A stretch of 64,000 bases of DNA from contig NW_026943821.1 in NCBI RefSeq assembly GCF_035594765.1, positions 22,749,791-22,813,790 of the forward strand. The letters are read 5' to 3'. Under the pieces are notes generated by a model, which was not told where the DNA came from, ran no database searches, and saw only the letters and a list, made by a program, of their open reading frames with translations. Source of the stretch: Anolis carolinensis (taxonomy: Eukaryota). This document shows, in pieces, positions 41,401-54,000 of the stretch. How positions within the stretch are numbered: position 1 is the first letter of the stretch; each line of letters begins with the position of its first letter. A program made the position numbers and the translations under genes.

Positions 41401-44400
41401 AATAGAGCCCCCACTTCACACGCAGAAGGTCTATTTTTCAAATTACCAGCAACCCTAGCCAAAAAGATTGTCCTGGCTGCAGTATCTGAGAGTTATAGCC
41501 CAAAAAGTATTTCTAGACTCTAGTCACAGCAGGGTACTGGCAAAAGCCCCTTGGAGAGCATTGCCAGTCAGAGTAGGACAGAGGGGGATTTACTATTCTG
41601 TCCATGTGGATTTTGCTAGTGATTGCTTTTTCTTCATCCCGTTCCCAGGCGGGCCGTGGTACAGAGATGTCCAACTCCCCCAATAATCAATCTGATTTCT
41701 GTGGGAGGTCAGCATCAAGGTGAGACATCTGAAACATTCTTGGCCGGTGAAATTTAGGCAAGTGATGCCATCACAGGAGCATGGATTTAACTTGGGTGCA
41801 CATACTTCTTTCTTGTCAAAATTCATCCAGTATTGGGGGCGGGGGAGGTTCCCCCATACCTTTTCTAGTCCTCAGTGCTTTCATTTTTCAAATTTTGGCT
41901 GTAAACTTTTAATGGTATTTTATTCATACTGTGGTCTGCTGTAATCTCTCGTTGCTGCATTATTCTGTAGTGTTAGTTTAGCTCTATAATTTCAGACTCA
42001 GGGTTTGCCAAAAGTGTTGAATTGCAAATCCCATCACCCCAAATCAGCATGCCAGTAACCACATTGTCTAGGAGTGATGTATTCCACATGAAATCCCACT
42101 TGTTTTCATATGTTTGTGGTGGGGTGCTTTTGGCCTACCTTCACATTTCTCCTTTGGAGCCTCGTCCCTTTGCTTTATCCCTTTTTGGCCACTATGCTGC
42201 TTGATTCCATTGTGCTTCAAATTCAGCTTGACTCTTAAACTCTCAATAGGATGGATGGCGTGATTTGTTCCTCTGCAGCATAAGCTAATGAAGTGGCTTC
42301 TTGGCATACCTGATCATTTCCCCAGATAGAGTAGGTGTAAGCGGTTGGGTGAGGTGCTGCCTGACCTACCCAGTCTTTATCCAAGGAAGAATGGAAATGA
42401 ATATACAGTAAACTGGAAAGGATATGATTAAAGTGGAGCTTGGCTTGGATGTTACAGATAATGGGTTTAAGCACACTTCTTTGGTGCAATAACAAAATAA
42501 CAATCAGATGCTTATTGCAATCCAAGTACTTATTGTCACTCTGCAGTGTGAATAGTGTCAGTGTTTTCTTTTACATGCACTGACCAAAGCCCAGTAGAAG
42601 TCTCTGCCTAGTGTAATTGTGCCATTCTTGGGAGTGTGTGGGGTTGCTTCTTTTTCCCCTCTCCTTACTATACAACAGTAGCTAAGATGTGTATTCCTGG
42701 TCACAGCTACCCTCACTCTCGGCCACTGCTCAGCTGCAGAGCACACTCTCACATATCTTGGGAAGAGCCTCCATCCCCAGTGTGAGGCTTCTCCTTCCCT
42801 GTGTGTAGTAACTCCAATTCAGGGCATAGCCAAAAGGTAGCCCCTGGTTTGTGAGGGGCAATGATTGCTTCCAGGTACCTGGGTAACCTAAACAGGCAAG
42901 CAAAAATAGTTCACCTGTGTTATCAGCGGACTATTTCTACCAAGACACTTGGTGCCAAGCTGAAAATGGAAGGGACTTAATGGACACCTTACTGCCACAG
43001 GTGTGTATGGGTTTCCACGCTGTCCTGGTGAGAGTTCACACATCTGTGATTGGATCCGAAAGATGCTTGATCTTGGGGCCTACACCAAGGAGGTCCAGGA
43101 CCGGTGAGTTCAGCTTTTGAAAGAGACAAATGGTTCAAAGAGATGTGACTGGGATGGGCCTCTTTTTGCTGTGTTTCAAACGCTCCTTTCCCTCCTCTCT
43201 GCTACAGTCTAGTACAAGCTCAGTATTGGCATGATCCACTGAATGAAGAGGAATACAGAAAGAAGAGCCTTTTCTTGGCTGACATCAATCAGGAGCGAGT
43301 AAGTCCATTTTTTTGGTCGTTTTGGTTTGGGGCGAGGCTTTTACTCCACTGCTCAAACCTAAGAAGAGCTGTTGATGCAGTCTTGGAACAAGATTTCACA
43401 TGGATTCATCTGGAGTTTTATTACTGTTTCCTTCTCTCTACCCTTCTACTCTTCTCAGTTTGTCAACACAACCTACAAGAAAAACCTGATGTCTTTGAAC
43501 AAGTTTGTGATGGTGAAGTTCCTGAATGACACTATGGTTGACCCTCCTGCCTCAGAGGTAAGCAACACAGTATGTTGGTGCATCTCTATGTTAAAAGGAA
43601 AAAGCAATTTTAAAAACCCCTAAGGAATCTGCTGAAAAAAAGAATTGATCTGGCCAATCTGTTAAAATAATAAAAGGGAAAAAGAAACACATTCCTCTGC
43701 GCTTCTTTTCTGGATAACTCCATGCACTCAGAAAAAATAAATATGTTGTCTTTTTCAACGATCCTCTTTTTCAACCATTTTTTAGTTCTTAATGCCTGGT
43801 ATTGTGCCAGGAAGGTGATCCCAGCCTAAAGGAAGGCAGGGTCATGTCAGTGGGGTATGCATTACTTGATCCTTTGATAATCAGCTCAAATGTGTATGCT
43901 TGAGTCTTTCTCACCCCGAGCGACTCATGAGGAAAAACAATCCTGGATCCACACACAACATGCTGTTTGGCCTTGTGCCCTGACTACAGAGATGGAGACT
44001 CTCAATCATTTCTTTTTCCCCCCTCCTCTTTCCACAGTGGTTTGGGTACTATCGGAGCAACCAGGCTACAGAAACCATCCCCCTGAATGAGACATTACTC
44101 TACACAGAGGTAAGTAACAATCCTGCACAGTGTTTTTCCTACAAAGCAGAACCTAGCTTCTTTAAAAAAAAGTTTTATATCTCTTCATCTATGTGTATGT
44201 TTAGTGTAATCAGAGAACCTGTTTCCACTGATCAGAGCTGACTATAAGAAACCAGAAAGAAGGGAAGTCTAAGCACTACTTCCTATAACTTAGAAAAGAA
44301 GCCAGACAGGTTTCATGGTACTGGGGAAGGCCTCACTTTGCTGTCTGAAGCATGGATTTAATATTCTCTCATTTTTGAATGGAAAACTGAGTGCATTCTT

Positions 44401-44976
44401 TACAATAGGAATGGGGAAGCTGTAGCTTCTCAATGCCAGGGTGCCACTTCCATTATCCATGACTATTGCATGCGTGGGGTGGCTCAGACTGTAAATCTAA
44501 CACATTTAGAAGCAGCCAGGTTGGGAAGCAGCATATACATGCAGGAGATTCCAGGCACACCTCAGTTAATACATTGTCTGACAGTAAAGCTTTTTAAAAA
44601 AAATTTATGATGGCAAAGTAACAGTGGCCCAAGATCTGTGGAAGGAGTGTTACAAGTCACTTATTTTTAAGGCAAAGGTTTTCTGTAGATAGAAATGTGA
44701 AGTGAGTTGTAATCTGGTATTAAAAATTTACTCCAAAATGCTCCCAATTGCAAACTTACTAAGTAGCAACGTTTGGTACTAGTCTGACATTTTTGTGTGA
44801 TTTTTTTTGACAAGATTCCTTTGTTACTTACACTTCCATGTTCCTTTCCTTAGGATCGCTTGGGCCTGATGGAAATGGACCAGGCAGGAAAGCTGGTGTT
44901 CCTGGGAGTGGAAGGCGACCACCTTCACTTTTCGAAAGATTGGTTCTACAAAAACATTCTGCCATTTCTACAGTGA
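35452..44976 (+). CDS. PPT1: Palmitoyl-protein thioesterase 1, 9 exons, 296 aa
   Basis: Exons 35452-35545, 39422-39531, 41202-41329, 41649-41719, 43001-43103, 43208-43298, 43459-43557, 44038-44109 and 44854-44976 (891 nt). It has a signal peptide, [15 protein letters not shown], the nucleophile motif GFSQGG, and MVDP and GDHL for the catalytic Asp and His. Confidence 0.97.
35687..35880. mobile_element. Palindromic hAT-type MITE
   Basis: Near-identical to 3791-3987. Confidence 0.8.
36049..36363 (-). mobile_element. Sauria SINE
   Basis: Matches 2121-2443 with a small internal deletion. Confidence 0.85.
36690..36912 (-). mobile_element. Penelope-like element terminal fragment
   Basis: TTGTCGAAGACTTTCATGGCCGGAATCAC...CATCTATGGCAGGCATCCTCAGAGG, with a related copy at 33140-33370. 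Confidence 0.65.
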
Positions 44977-47900
44977 AGCTGATGGACTGCTGACGGAATC
45001 TAGGATTTTCTAAGAAAGTCACTTGTTGGCAGCAATTTTTGTGGCATCTTGGGCCTAGCTGGCATTTCATCTTGTCTTGCCTAGAGGGAGAAAGCATTGC
45101 CACTAACTTGCTAGATGCTGGTTTAAGCATTAACACATTTTTACTTAAACTACGCACCACGACTGCTTTAACACAAAACGATCTTACTTTTAGAATAGTG
45201 AATTATGAGTGGCTTCTGGATGGCTTTGGACTGCAGTTGTCATTAACCTTAGCCAGCATAACCTGTGAGGCAGGATCTTATCAGCTGCAGTCCAGCTTTT
45301 GGAAAGTTCTATATTCCCCTCCCTCATCCAGAGGTTTCCTAGGCCATAAACCTTCCTTTTGGATTGTAGTTGTTAATCCTACTGCCTGCATAAGGCACCA
45401 AAGTGATAAACTTTAAATGAGGCACCAGCTAATATTACCCTTTAAGCTTCATCTCAGTATTTGTTTGAGGGCACTTCTGCCCTGTGTGCCAAAAACAAGG
45501 CCCAATTAATTTGCTGCAGAGGAAAAATCCTTATGTGGTGCTTTTTGGTGTGACTTCCATTGTTTTGTCAGCAAAAAGAAATCCAAACACTTAGGCTGAG
45601 CAGAGTGAATCTAATGTAGCCTGCTAAATCTTGTAGAATACTCGGGGATGAGATAGCTAGTATCTCTTTCGAGGGAGGAGAATTGCACTGAGCCTTGGGT
45701 GGTTAGTATACATTACCTTAGGTGATACGGAGAGTAACTTGAAAGCAGGACATAAAAGGTTGAGACATGAAGCATTTGATTAAATATGCAGGAAAGACAA
45801 AGTTAAACTAGAGCTCTATCTTAGGTGCAAAAGCTACTTAGAGCAGTGTGTGGAAAACGGTGGGGTATACTGTTCAGATGTTGTAGTTTTAACTTTTCTG
45901 TATTATGTTTTAACAAGGAGCACCATATGAACGTGTTGCCACTTGACACATTCCAGTAAAAAACTTTGGATCATGGTGTTGGTATCATAATTTGTCTTAA
46001 GACACCTTCAGAGGATTTTAGACATTTAATTGAATCTTCTTCCCAGTCAACGAATGATTAGGAGTGTGACTGTAGAATCTGCACTCAGAAAGCAGGATGT
46101 GTCGTTTGTTGTAGGGGATGAACTTCCAGGACTTGCAGAATTATAGACTTGTCCAACCCTCTGCTACACAGAAACACATGGCTAAAGCATTCCTGAAAGA
46201 AACCGATCCAATCTCAGTTTAAAGGATGAGATCTCACCGCCTTCCAAGGCAGTCCATTCCATGGCCAAATATGGTTCTTACAATAAAGAATTCCTTCCTA
46301 ATGCTTAGGGGGGCATCTTTTCTTATCACTTGAATCCATTAGTGATAGCCTTGAATAGGATAGCACACTTCTAAAGCAATAATTATATAATTCCCCCTAC
46401 TGTGGCATGCACCAATATGTTCAAGCAGCGTGTATGCACTTGCCCTAATCCTTCAAGACAAAATATCTTGAATATGACAAATGACGTGAGCCTTGGGCTA
46501 CAGAGTGAGATCAGAGGATTGATGGTTACTGTAAAGATTCTTGTTTGGCTGAAGCAAAGAAAGGTTTCTGAAGACACGGAGGGGATTAACAAAGGAGCAC
46601 CTCCTTAATGAGCAACTTGGCATTAACTTTATTCTATCTTCAGTATAATTTTAAGTACATAAGAAAGGTTTTATTTCCACAAGCCTCAGGAGAGAAGTAC
46701 AAGTCACAGGACAGTTTCAAAATAAAAAGAGGAATTGCATATTTTCTGTTACGTTTCTTTTTTTAGTGGAAGGAAACCTCATTAACTGTGGCAAAGAGGG
46801 AAGTAAGATATGTGTATGCTATCCGAGACACTACTATTCAGGCGCACAGGCAGCTCCCTTTGGTGGGTCAGTACAGTACCATGCCTTTTGGCTTTGACGC
46901 AACCACTGTGGCGCCAGGTGAACGCACACCAGACTTTCAGCAGAGAAGAAGCCAAGCAACAAGGGAAAGGGACAGCCAGAGAAGGAACGCACCCCAGCCT
47001 CTATTACACAACGCCAACAAGCTTGGATGAAATGACCAAACCAACTGCAATGAACTTGTGCTTACGGAGAACTAAATACTGGACTTGGAATGGAGAACTC
47101 ATCCCTCCCTGGAAAAAACAAGGGATGGGTTCCGAGGGGGAAAACAAACTGTCCTGGAAGACCGAACAATGTTCAGTTGCTCAGAAGAGGGACCCTTTGG
47201 GCACAACTTTCCCTTTAAAGGAGGCCTTAAATGGAAGTGGGCGAGTGGCAGCTTCCTAAGCCGCTGGAAGGACTCCCTGGAAAGAGGGAGAGGTCTGTCC
47301 CATGGTTGTCTTGTGGCACCTGTAACAGAGATGATGTCTCCCCCAACATCATGGCACAACACAGAATTTTACACTGAGCACACAGGAAGGAATATAATTA
47401 TGGGGGAGAAGGAGGAATGCGAACACATCCCAGTCTTCAGCCTTTGGTCCAGCAAAGCCATTCCTGGAAACAGTTTAACCTTTTCCTTTTAAACACTCCT
47501 GGTTAATTAGTTTAGCAGAATTAGTGAATTCCCTTGTACTTCCCCAATCCATACCTGCCATAGACACTTTCACACACACATGACTGGGGACTCCATACCC
47601 TGATACTTGTTTCAAGAGGGGAGAGAGGGGGTTTTTTTTTTGCTTAAACAAAGAGAAGGGGAAAAAAAGAGAACACTTAGAAGCCAGCCACTGATCCTGG
47701 CTCCAATCAGCACAAACGGGTCTGACAAAACGTGATTGGTGATGTGGTTTTGTCCGACCGCGAGGAAAACACACACCTTCCTGCTGTTCCACAGAGTGAA
47801 GGAAAAGATCCTGTCACCCTACCCCAAATCCCAGCCTGAGGTATTTTCAGTGAAGGAAGGTAGGCGAGTCTTTCAAAAAGACAGAAGCAGACGGAGAGCG

Positions 47901-48000
47901 GAAAAGGTACAGGAAATCTAAAAATCATCCCCAAGAAAGCAGATTTGTGTCCCACTGTGACAGTGGGGCGAAAGGAGGGCGACTGGGTTGCCAGGTCAGC

Positions 48001-51000
48001 TTATCCGGCAATTTCCGTCACGGTGGTGACTAACTTCTTCCCGTTCCACAGCGTCTTGAACTGTTCTGGGATGGGGAACTCGTTCTGGGGGAAGAAAACG
48101 CCAGAATCAGCACTGCTCTTAGGCATTTGGAGATAGTTAGGTAGCCTTTAAACTGCTTTAGTCTCAGAAATGTTAACAGTAAGAATTACACCTTAAATGT
48201 CTTATAGCAGCACAGGAAGAGCTGTGGTGGGTTAGAGCAAGAACTCTGCATCCTTGTTTGCTCACAACAGACCAAATGTATTTGAAAACAAGCTCAGGAC
48301 CTGTTGGCAACACAGCCCTCCAACCCAGTTTCAGCAAGAGATTGGCGACTCCAAGAATTCTTTCCAACTGCCTGCCTCATGACCACCCCCACCTCTGTAT
48401 GTATCACCTTCTCAAGTGACCAGAAAAACACTTACAAAGTCACCGCTCTCCGTGGGAATGAGGACGTTCATCTCTGAGGACTTGGCACTGACAATCTCGC
48501 AGTTTAAGGAGTCCTTGCTCAGGTAGACATGACAACCGTCTGTCTTGTTGATAGAAATGGTTGGCACTTTACCCATTACCTGGAAATAAAGGCAAAGGTG
48601 TCAGACCATGATAAACTAAAAAATATTGATTTTCCATGTTCTAAATGCAACGGACTTGGATCAGGAAGTGAACAAATACAAAATATTACTGCTACTTTGC
48701 TGACTGGGATTGTGCCAATTCAGAAACAACAAATTTCAGGTATCATTTGAAGTGCTGGTCTTTAAAGTCGCAAGTAGTCATTTTTTTGGAATGCATTCCC
48801 TATCTGGTACAGATTAATATATATGTTTTGAGAACCACACGAAGAACCTTTGATCTGTCCATGCTTTTTTGCTGTTATTGGCGTGCATTTTATCCTATTG
48901 GGTCTGGTATTAAACCTCCATCCCAATCTGATAATGGCCTCTTCCTCTTTTACATTTTGGGTGACTGTTGAAGTGGACACTTCTAAATTACCTCTGGGAG
49001 GTAGGACTGGAAAGCAGGACAGAATCATAACCAAGACTTCCTGTTGCAGCACAGATGGTGAACATGAAGCGCTATAGATATTATGACACTGCAACGACCA
49101 GCAATTTGAGCAATAAGAGGATGAGAACTATAGTCTCACACTATATGGAGATACACCATTTCCCTAATGAAGGGATTTCAAGAATGGAAAAATCTCTTAC
49201 ATATTGCTTTCATATTGCTCTCACCCTTTGAAAAAGTCAAGGCAAGTTGATGGTTGTTACAATGCTGCAGAGAACGAGAGCCTGTTACCTGAACTTGAAC
49301 GTCTCGGCTGTTTATGATCTCCACGATTCCCACCACATCATCAAACACCAGGCCAACCTTCTTGCAGTTATCTAACAGAAAAGAGGGAACCAAAAGTGTT
49401 TCCACCTTGCAACCTTGAGCACGGCTATTCAGAAAGGAAAGCTAAGTACCTCTTATTTCTGCTATTAATTCACTTAATGTTTTTAAGCGAATTACTAGAG
49501 CAGTCCCCACTGATATGTAGAGATTATAATTTGAAAGTGCCAACACAATGGATTCCTGCTTTTAGGGGGGAAGTCGTAAGAGAGCATCCATGGCAAGCCA
49601 AGTGAAACCTACCCAGCGTGACGGAGTTGATCTTGCCCTTGATATGGAGCGTACTGTTCACACACTTGTAGATATAGGCCACCTGCTTCAGCTCTGTGTC
49701 GCTGATCATCAAGTTGGAGGCGTTCTCATGGTTCTCCTAAAAGAGGGGAGAAAGAGCTGCTCATTCTCGCTGTTTGCAGAGTCCATCAGAAACAGCAGAT
49801 AAAGATGAGCAACTGCACTGATATTAGAGCAGCCATCCTGCATCCCTCCTTCTCCTTCCAGGACTGCAATACTTAACCTTTCTTAAAATATTTCATACAC
49901 TGCAGAAGTGCTCCAATGATCAGGGAAGCAAGACAAAGTACAGTAGAGTCTCACTTATCCAACATAAACGGGCCGGCAGAATGTTGGATAAGCGAATATG
50001 TTGGATAATAAGGAGACATTAAGGAAAAGCCTATTAAACATCAAATTAGGTTATGATTTTACAAATGAAGCACCAAAACATCATGTTAGACAACAAATTT
50101 GGCAGAAAAAGTAGTTCAATACGCAGTAATGCTATGTAGTAATTACTGTATTTATGAATTTAGCACCAAAATATCACGATATATTGAAAACATTGATTAC
50201 AAAAATGCGTTGGATAATCCAGAACGTTGGATAAGCGAGTGTTGGATAAGTGAGACTCTACTGTACTTCTAAAAACTGCAACAGAAAGGGCTCTTTAGCT
50301 AACCCAAACACGCCACTTGCTTCAAAAGTATTCTACACTCATCCTGAAATATTGCCAATTATTTGACCATTTCGTGAATGACGAGCTGAGAATTTCTTTA
50401 TGGCAAGTGCCTTATTGGACACTTTATTTATAACATGATTCCTTTCTAGAAACTGGTACTCAAGGAAAGCTTGGAGTTTTGACTATAACCCCCAGAATCC
50501 ACTAGCTAGAATGGTTAGTCTGAAACGTTAATGGTCTGAATCCAGTGACATATACAGGCATAAACTGCAAATCATACAGAATGAATCTTTTGGTTCAGCA
50601 GCATGGACATTTCAAATTAAAAGAGGCAGAAGCAGTGCTCCATTTGGGAAACTAAGCTGGACATACAATAATGCTCCTAGGGAATGTGTCCATGCGCATG
50701 TGCAAGGGAACTGGATCATAGAATCCTGCTGGAGGAGCTACAGATTCTTAGAGAGAACATATTACTCAAATCTGCAAAACTTATATTCACAAATGTGGGG
50801 GTCTGACTACACTGCTATCTAGTATTGCCAACATCTAAGAGTGTAACTCCAGCAAGAGATATCCATGCCAGGCTGAGACGATGCAGGATCTCAGCTTTCA
50901 GCTTCTGACCCTCATGCTCTCAACACTCACCACTCTCCATTTCTTTCCCTCCAGCTCCAGAATTGGGGGCTCCTTCCTTGCAGGAGGCTTCTGGAAAGTG

Positions 51001-54000
51001 TTCCGATCACCTGCAGGCTTTGGGGCGGTGAAGGGCTTTGGTCCCGTCCGCATTGGGCCTCCTTGGTTCTTCAGCGAGGGGTTCTTGTGGGTTTTCATGT
51101 CATCGGACACGTGCTTTAGGCCTAGGAGGGGGACAAGACATTAACTTTCCTCTTGAAGATGCCGTTAGAGGCTGTTAGTAATGGTGGGAGTTGGAGTCCA
51201 AAACACCTGGAGGGCCCAAGTTTGCCCACGCCTGATCTAGTATGACTCCAGCAGTTCCATATTTCCTCCCTGACCCCAAAAGCAGCGTCAGGATCAGACT
51301 ACAAGGGCTCATTGTTGCAAGTCGTCTCCCCAACGGCTTGTCCTGAACTAATCTCTCCAGGTCAGGCAACAACACACTTCTTGGCTCTTGGTACGTTTGT
51401 ACGCTTATTCAGCCTGGTACCACTTAGGTTGATTTTACCCAACAGGCTTAGAATCACCTCAAGTTAGCACTATTTTTATACAGCAAGTAATACCAGGGAA
51501 CTAAAAGAACACCCCCACACAATTGGAAGCATTTCAGAACATTCCTACTGTTAAACACAGCTCCAAGTCTTGCTTGATGAAACATTGGAAGGGTAGCGTT
51601 AGGGAGATTATTTGCAAGACTGGGATGGGGGGGGAGAGCATTACAAATTAGAGAAACCAGGAATATCGTTTTCTTTTACTACAACTCCAAAGACTATTCC
51701 AAAAAGCAGTTCTTAATAGCCCCGCCATTTAGGCATGATGCTTGCTATGTAATTTATGAATGATATTTTACTGTTTTTTTTTAATTGCATATGCTGTTGT
51801 CGTATTGTTTTATCTGTTGATTGGGCTTGGACCCAATGTGAACCACTCCGAGTGCCCTTGGAGAGATGGAAGTGAGTTATAAATAATAACAATGATGATG
51901 CCTCAAGTATCACCTCTCAGCATTAAAGAACTGGTGGGATCACAAAGGTAATGGAAAATGAACATGCAAAGATACTGTGGGACTTCCGAATCCAGACTGA
52001 CAAAGTTCTGGAACACAACACACCAGACACCACAGTTGTGGAAAAGAAAAAGGTTTGGATCATTGATGTCGCCATCCCAGTGACAGTCGCACTGAGGAAA
52101 AACATCAGGAAAAACTCAGCCGCTATCAGGACCTCAAGATCGAACTTCAAAGACTCTGGCAGAAACCAGTACAGGTGGTCCCGGTGGTGATGGGCACATT
52201 GGGTGCCGTGCCAAAAGATCTCAGCCGGCATTTGGAAACAATAGACATTGACAAAATCACGATCTGCCAACTGCAAAAGGTCACCCTACTGGGATCTGCG
52301 CGCATCATCCGAAAATACATCACACAGTCCTAGACACTTGGGAAGTGTTCGACTTGTGATTTTGTGATACGAAATCCAGCATATCTATCTTGTTTGCTGT
52401 GTCATACAACAACAACAACAACAACAACAACAATAATAATTTTATTTTTCTATCCCGCCTCCATCTCCCCGTAGGGACTCGGGGCGGCTAACACAGGGCA
52501 ATGCCCAAGAACAATAAAACAGATAAAACAGAATACTCAAACACATAAGACACAATAAAATCAGGCACCAATGCAAATGCAAGACAATAACAGTAAAACC
52601 AATTTGGAACATAAAATGATGAGATAAAAAGGACCACCAATTTAAAGGGAGGAGTGACAGGGAGGGCAATTAAACTAAGGTGCAATGATGTATTATAAGG
52701 TGCTTTGGGGCGAAGGAGACAAAGTGTGAGCAATCTCAACACTGGGGTGAGGTAGAACGGCCAGTTAAATCTAGGAGAGAGTGGAAAAGTGCGAAATATG
52801 GTGCATTAATTTTTAGGATTTTGATCATGGGGACTAGGTGATTCAAAAGCGCACCGGAATAATAAAATAAAGTTGTTGTTGTTGATTATTATTATTATCA
52901 TCATCATTATCATTATCATAATCATCAGCATAGTCTGGCTGAGTTGTAGTGCTCATCCTCCAGCTCTGGCCAGAACTAAAGTGTCCAGGTCTCTCAAACA
53001 GAATGAAGGGATGGGGGCTTTCAGGGGTCTTCTGAATCTTGACAAAGAGAACTCTTTGGCCTCAATCCTTCCTTCTTACAGCACCAGCCGTTCCTCCTTG
53101 GGACTTCCACTCCTAAGATCTTCAGAACGTGTGGGATAGTCCCAGTGAGCAAAGACTGGGAACAGGGAAAGCTGAGTTCAAATGCCACTTGCCATTGTTG
53201 CTAACCTCACTCCCAAGTCGCTCTCAGCTTCTGGCATGCCACAGAGCTCTCGCATGAATAGAATGCGACTGCAAGCTCTCTCTAATTATGCCTTTGGTTT
53301 GATGGAGAACCGAGTACAATTTAAACACAAAAGTCAAGCTGTCTCACGATGCAAAGACTGGCTCCCGCCCCTTCACCTGCTGCTAAACTAGGCAGGCAGC
53401 CAGCAAGAAGGCAATGACGGAGTGGGAAGGATCGCTACATTTTAAGGATCAAATCCAGTTGCATTAGAGACAAGACATTCCTGAAATAGTGTCCTCAATA
53501 TAAAAGTCTTTCCTCAGATGGCAAGAAGGAGAAACAGTGCTTCAAATGGCACATGACAGGTCATAAGTCTTTTGTCAAGCCTGCTATGGATGCTGTGCGA
53601 TACAAGCCAACAGAGCGTCTAATACAAAATCTTTTGAAGCAGATTCAAGTTCCTAACAGTTTGGCAGGCATTCCAAGTAGCTGCTGCCAGTGACAACTCA
53701 ACACTGGCTTACTGCATTGCAGGACATGCAGTGCATCCATTGCAGGGCTGTATTCACACTCGCTCCAAAATGTCCTTGTTCTAATAGTCAGGAATAGGTA
53801 AGTAAGGCAAGGAAGACACTACAGCAGACATAAGGGGGAATGTGCCTTCTTCTAGAAATTTTTGGAAAGGTCATCAATTTCAGGGCTGGTATGCGCAACA
53901 GAGCAAACACAGCAGGGGCAGTAGTGGGGGGCAGGAGCATGCGAAGGCTAGGGAAAAGAGCTGGATCTGGACTGCGGGCCTTAGTTTGGGGACCCCTGCA

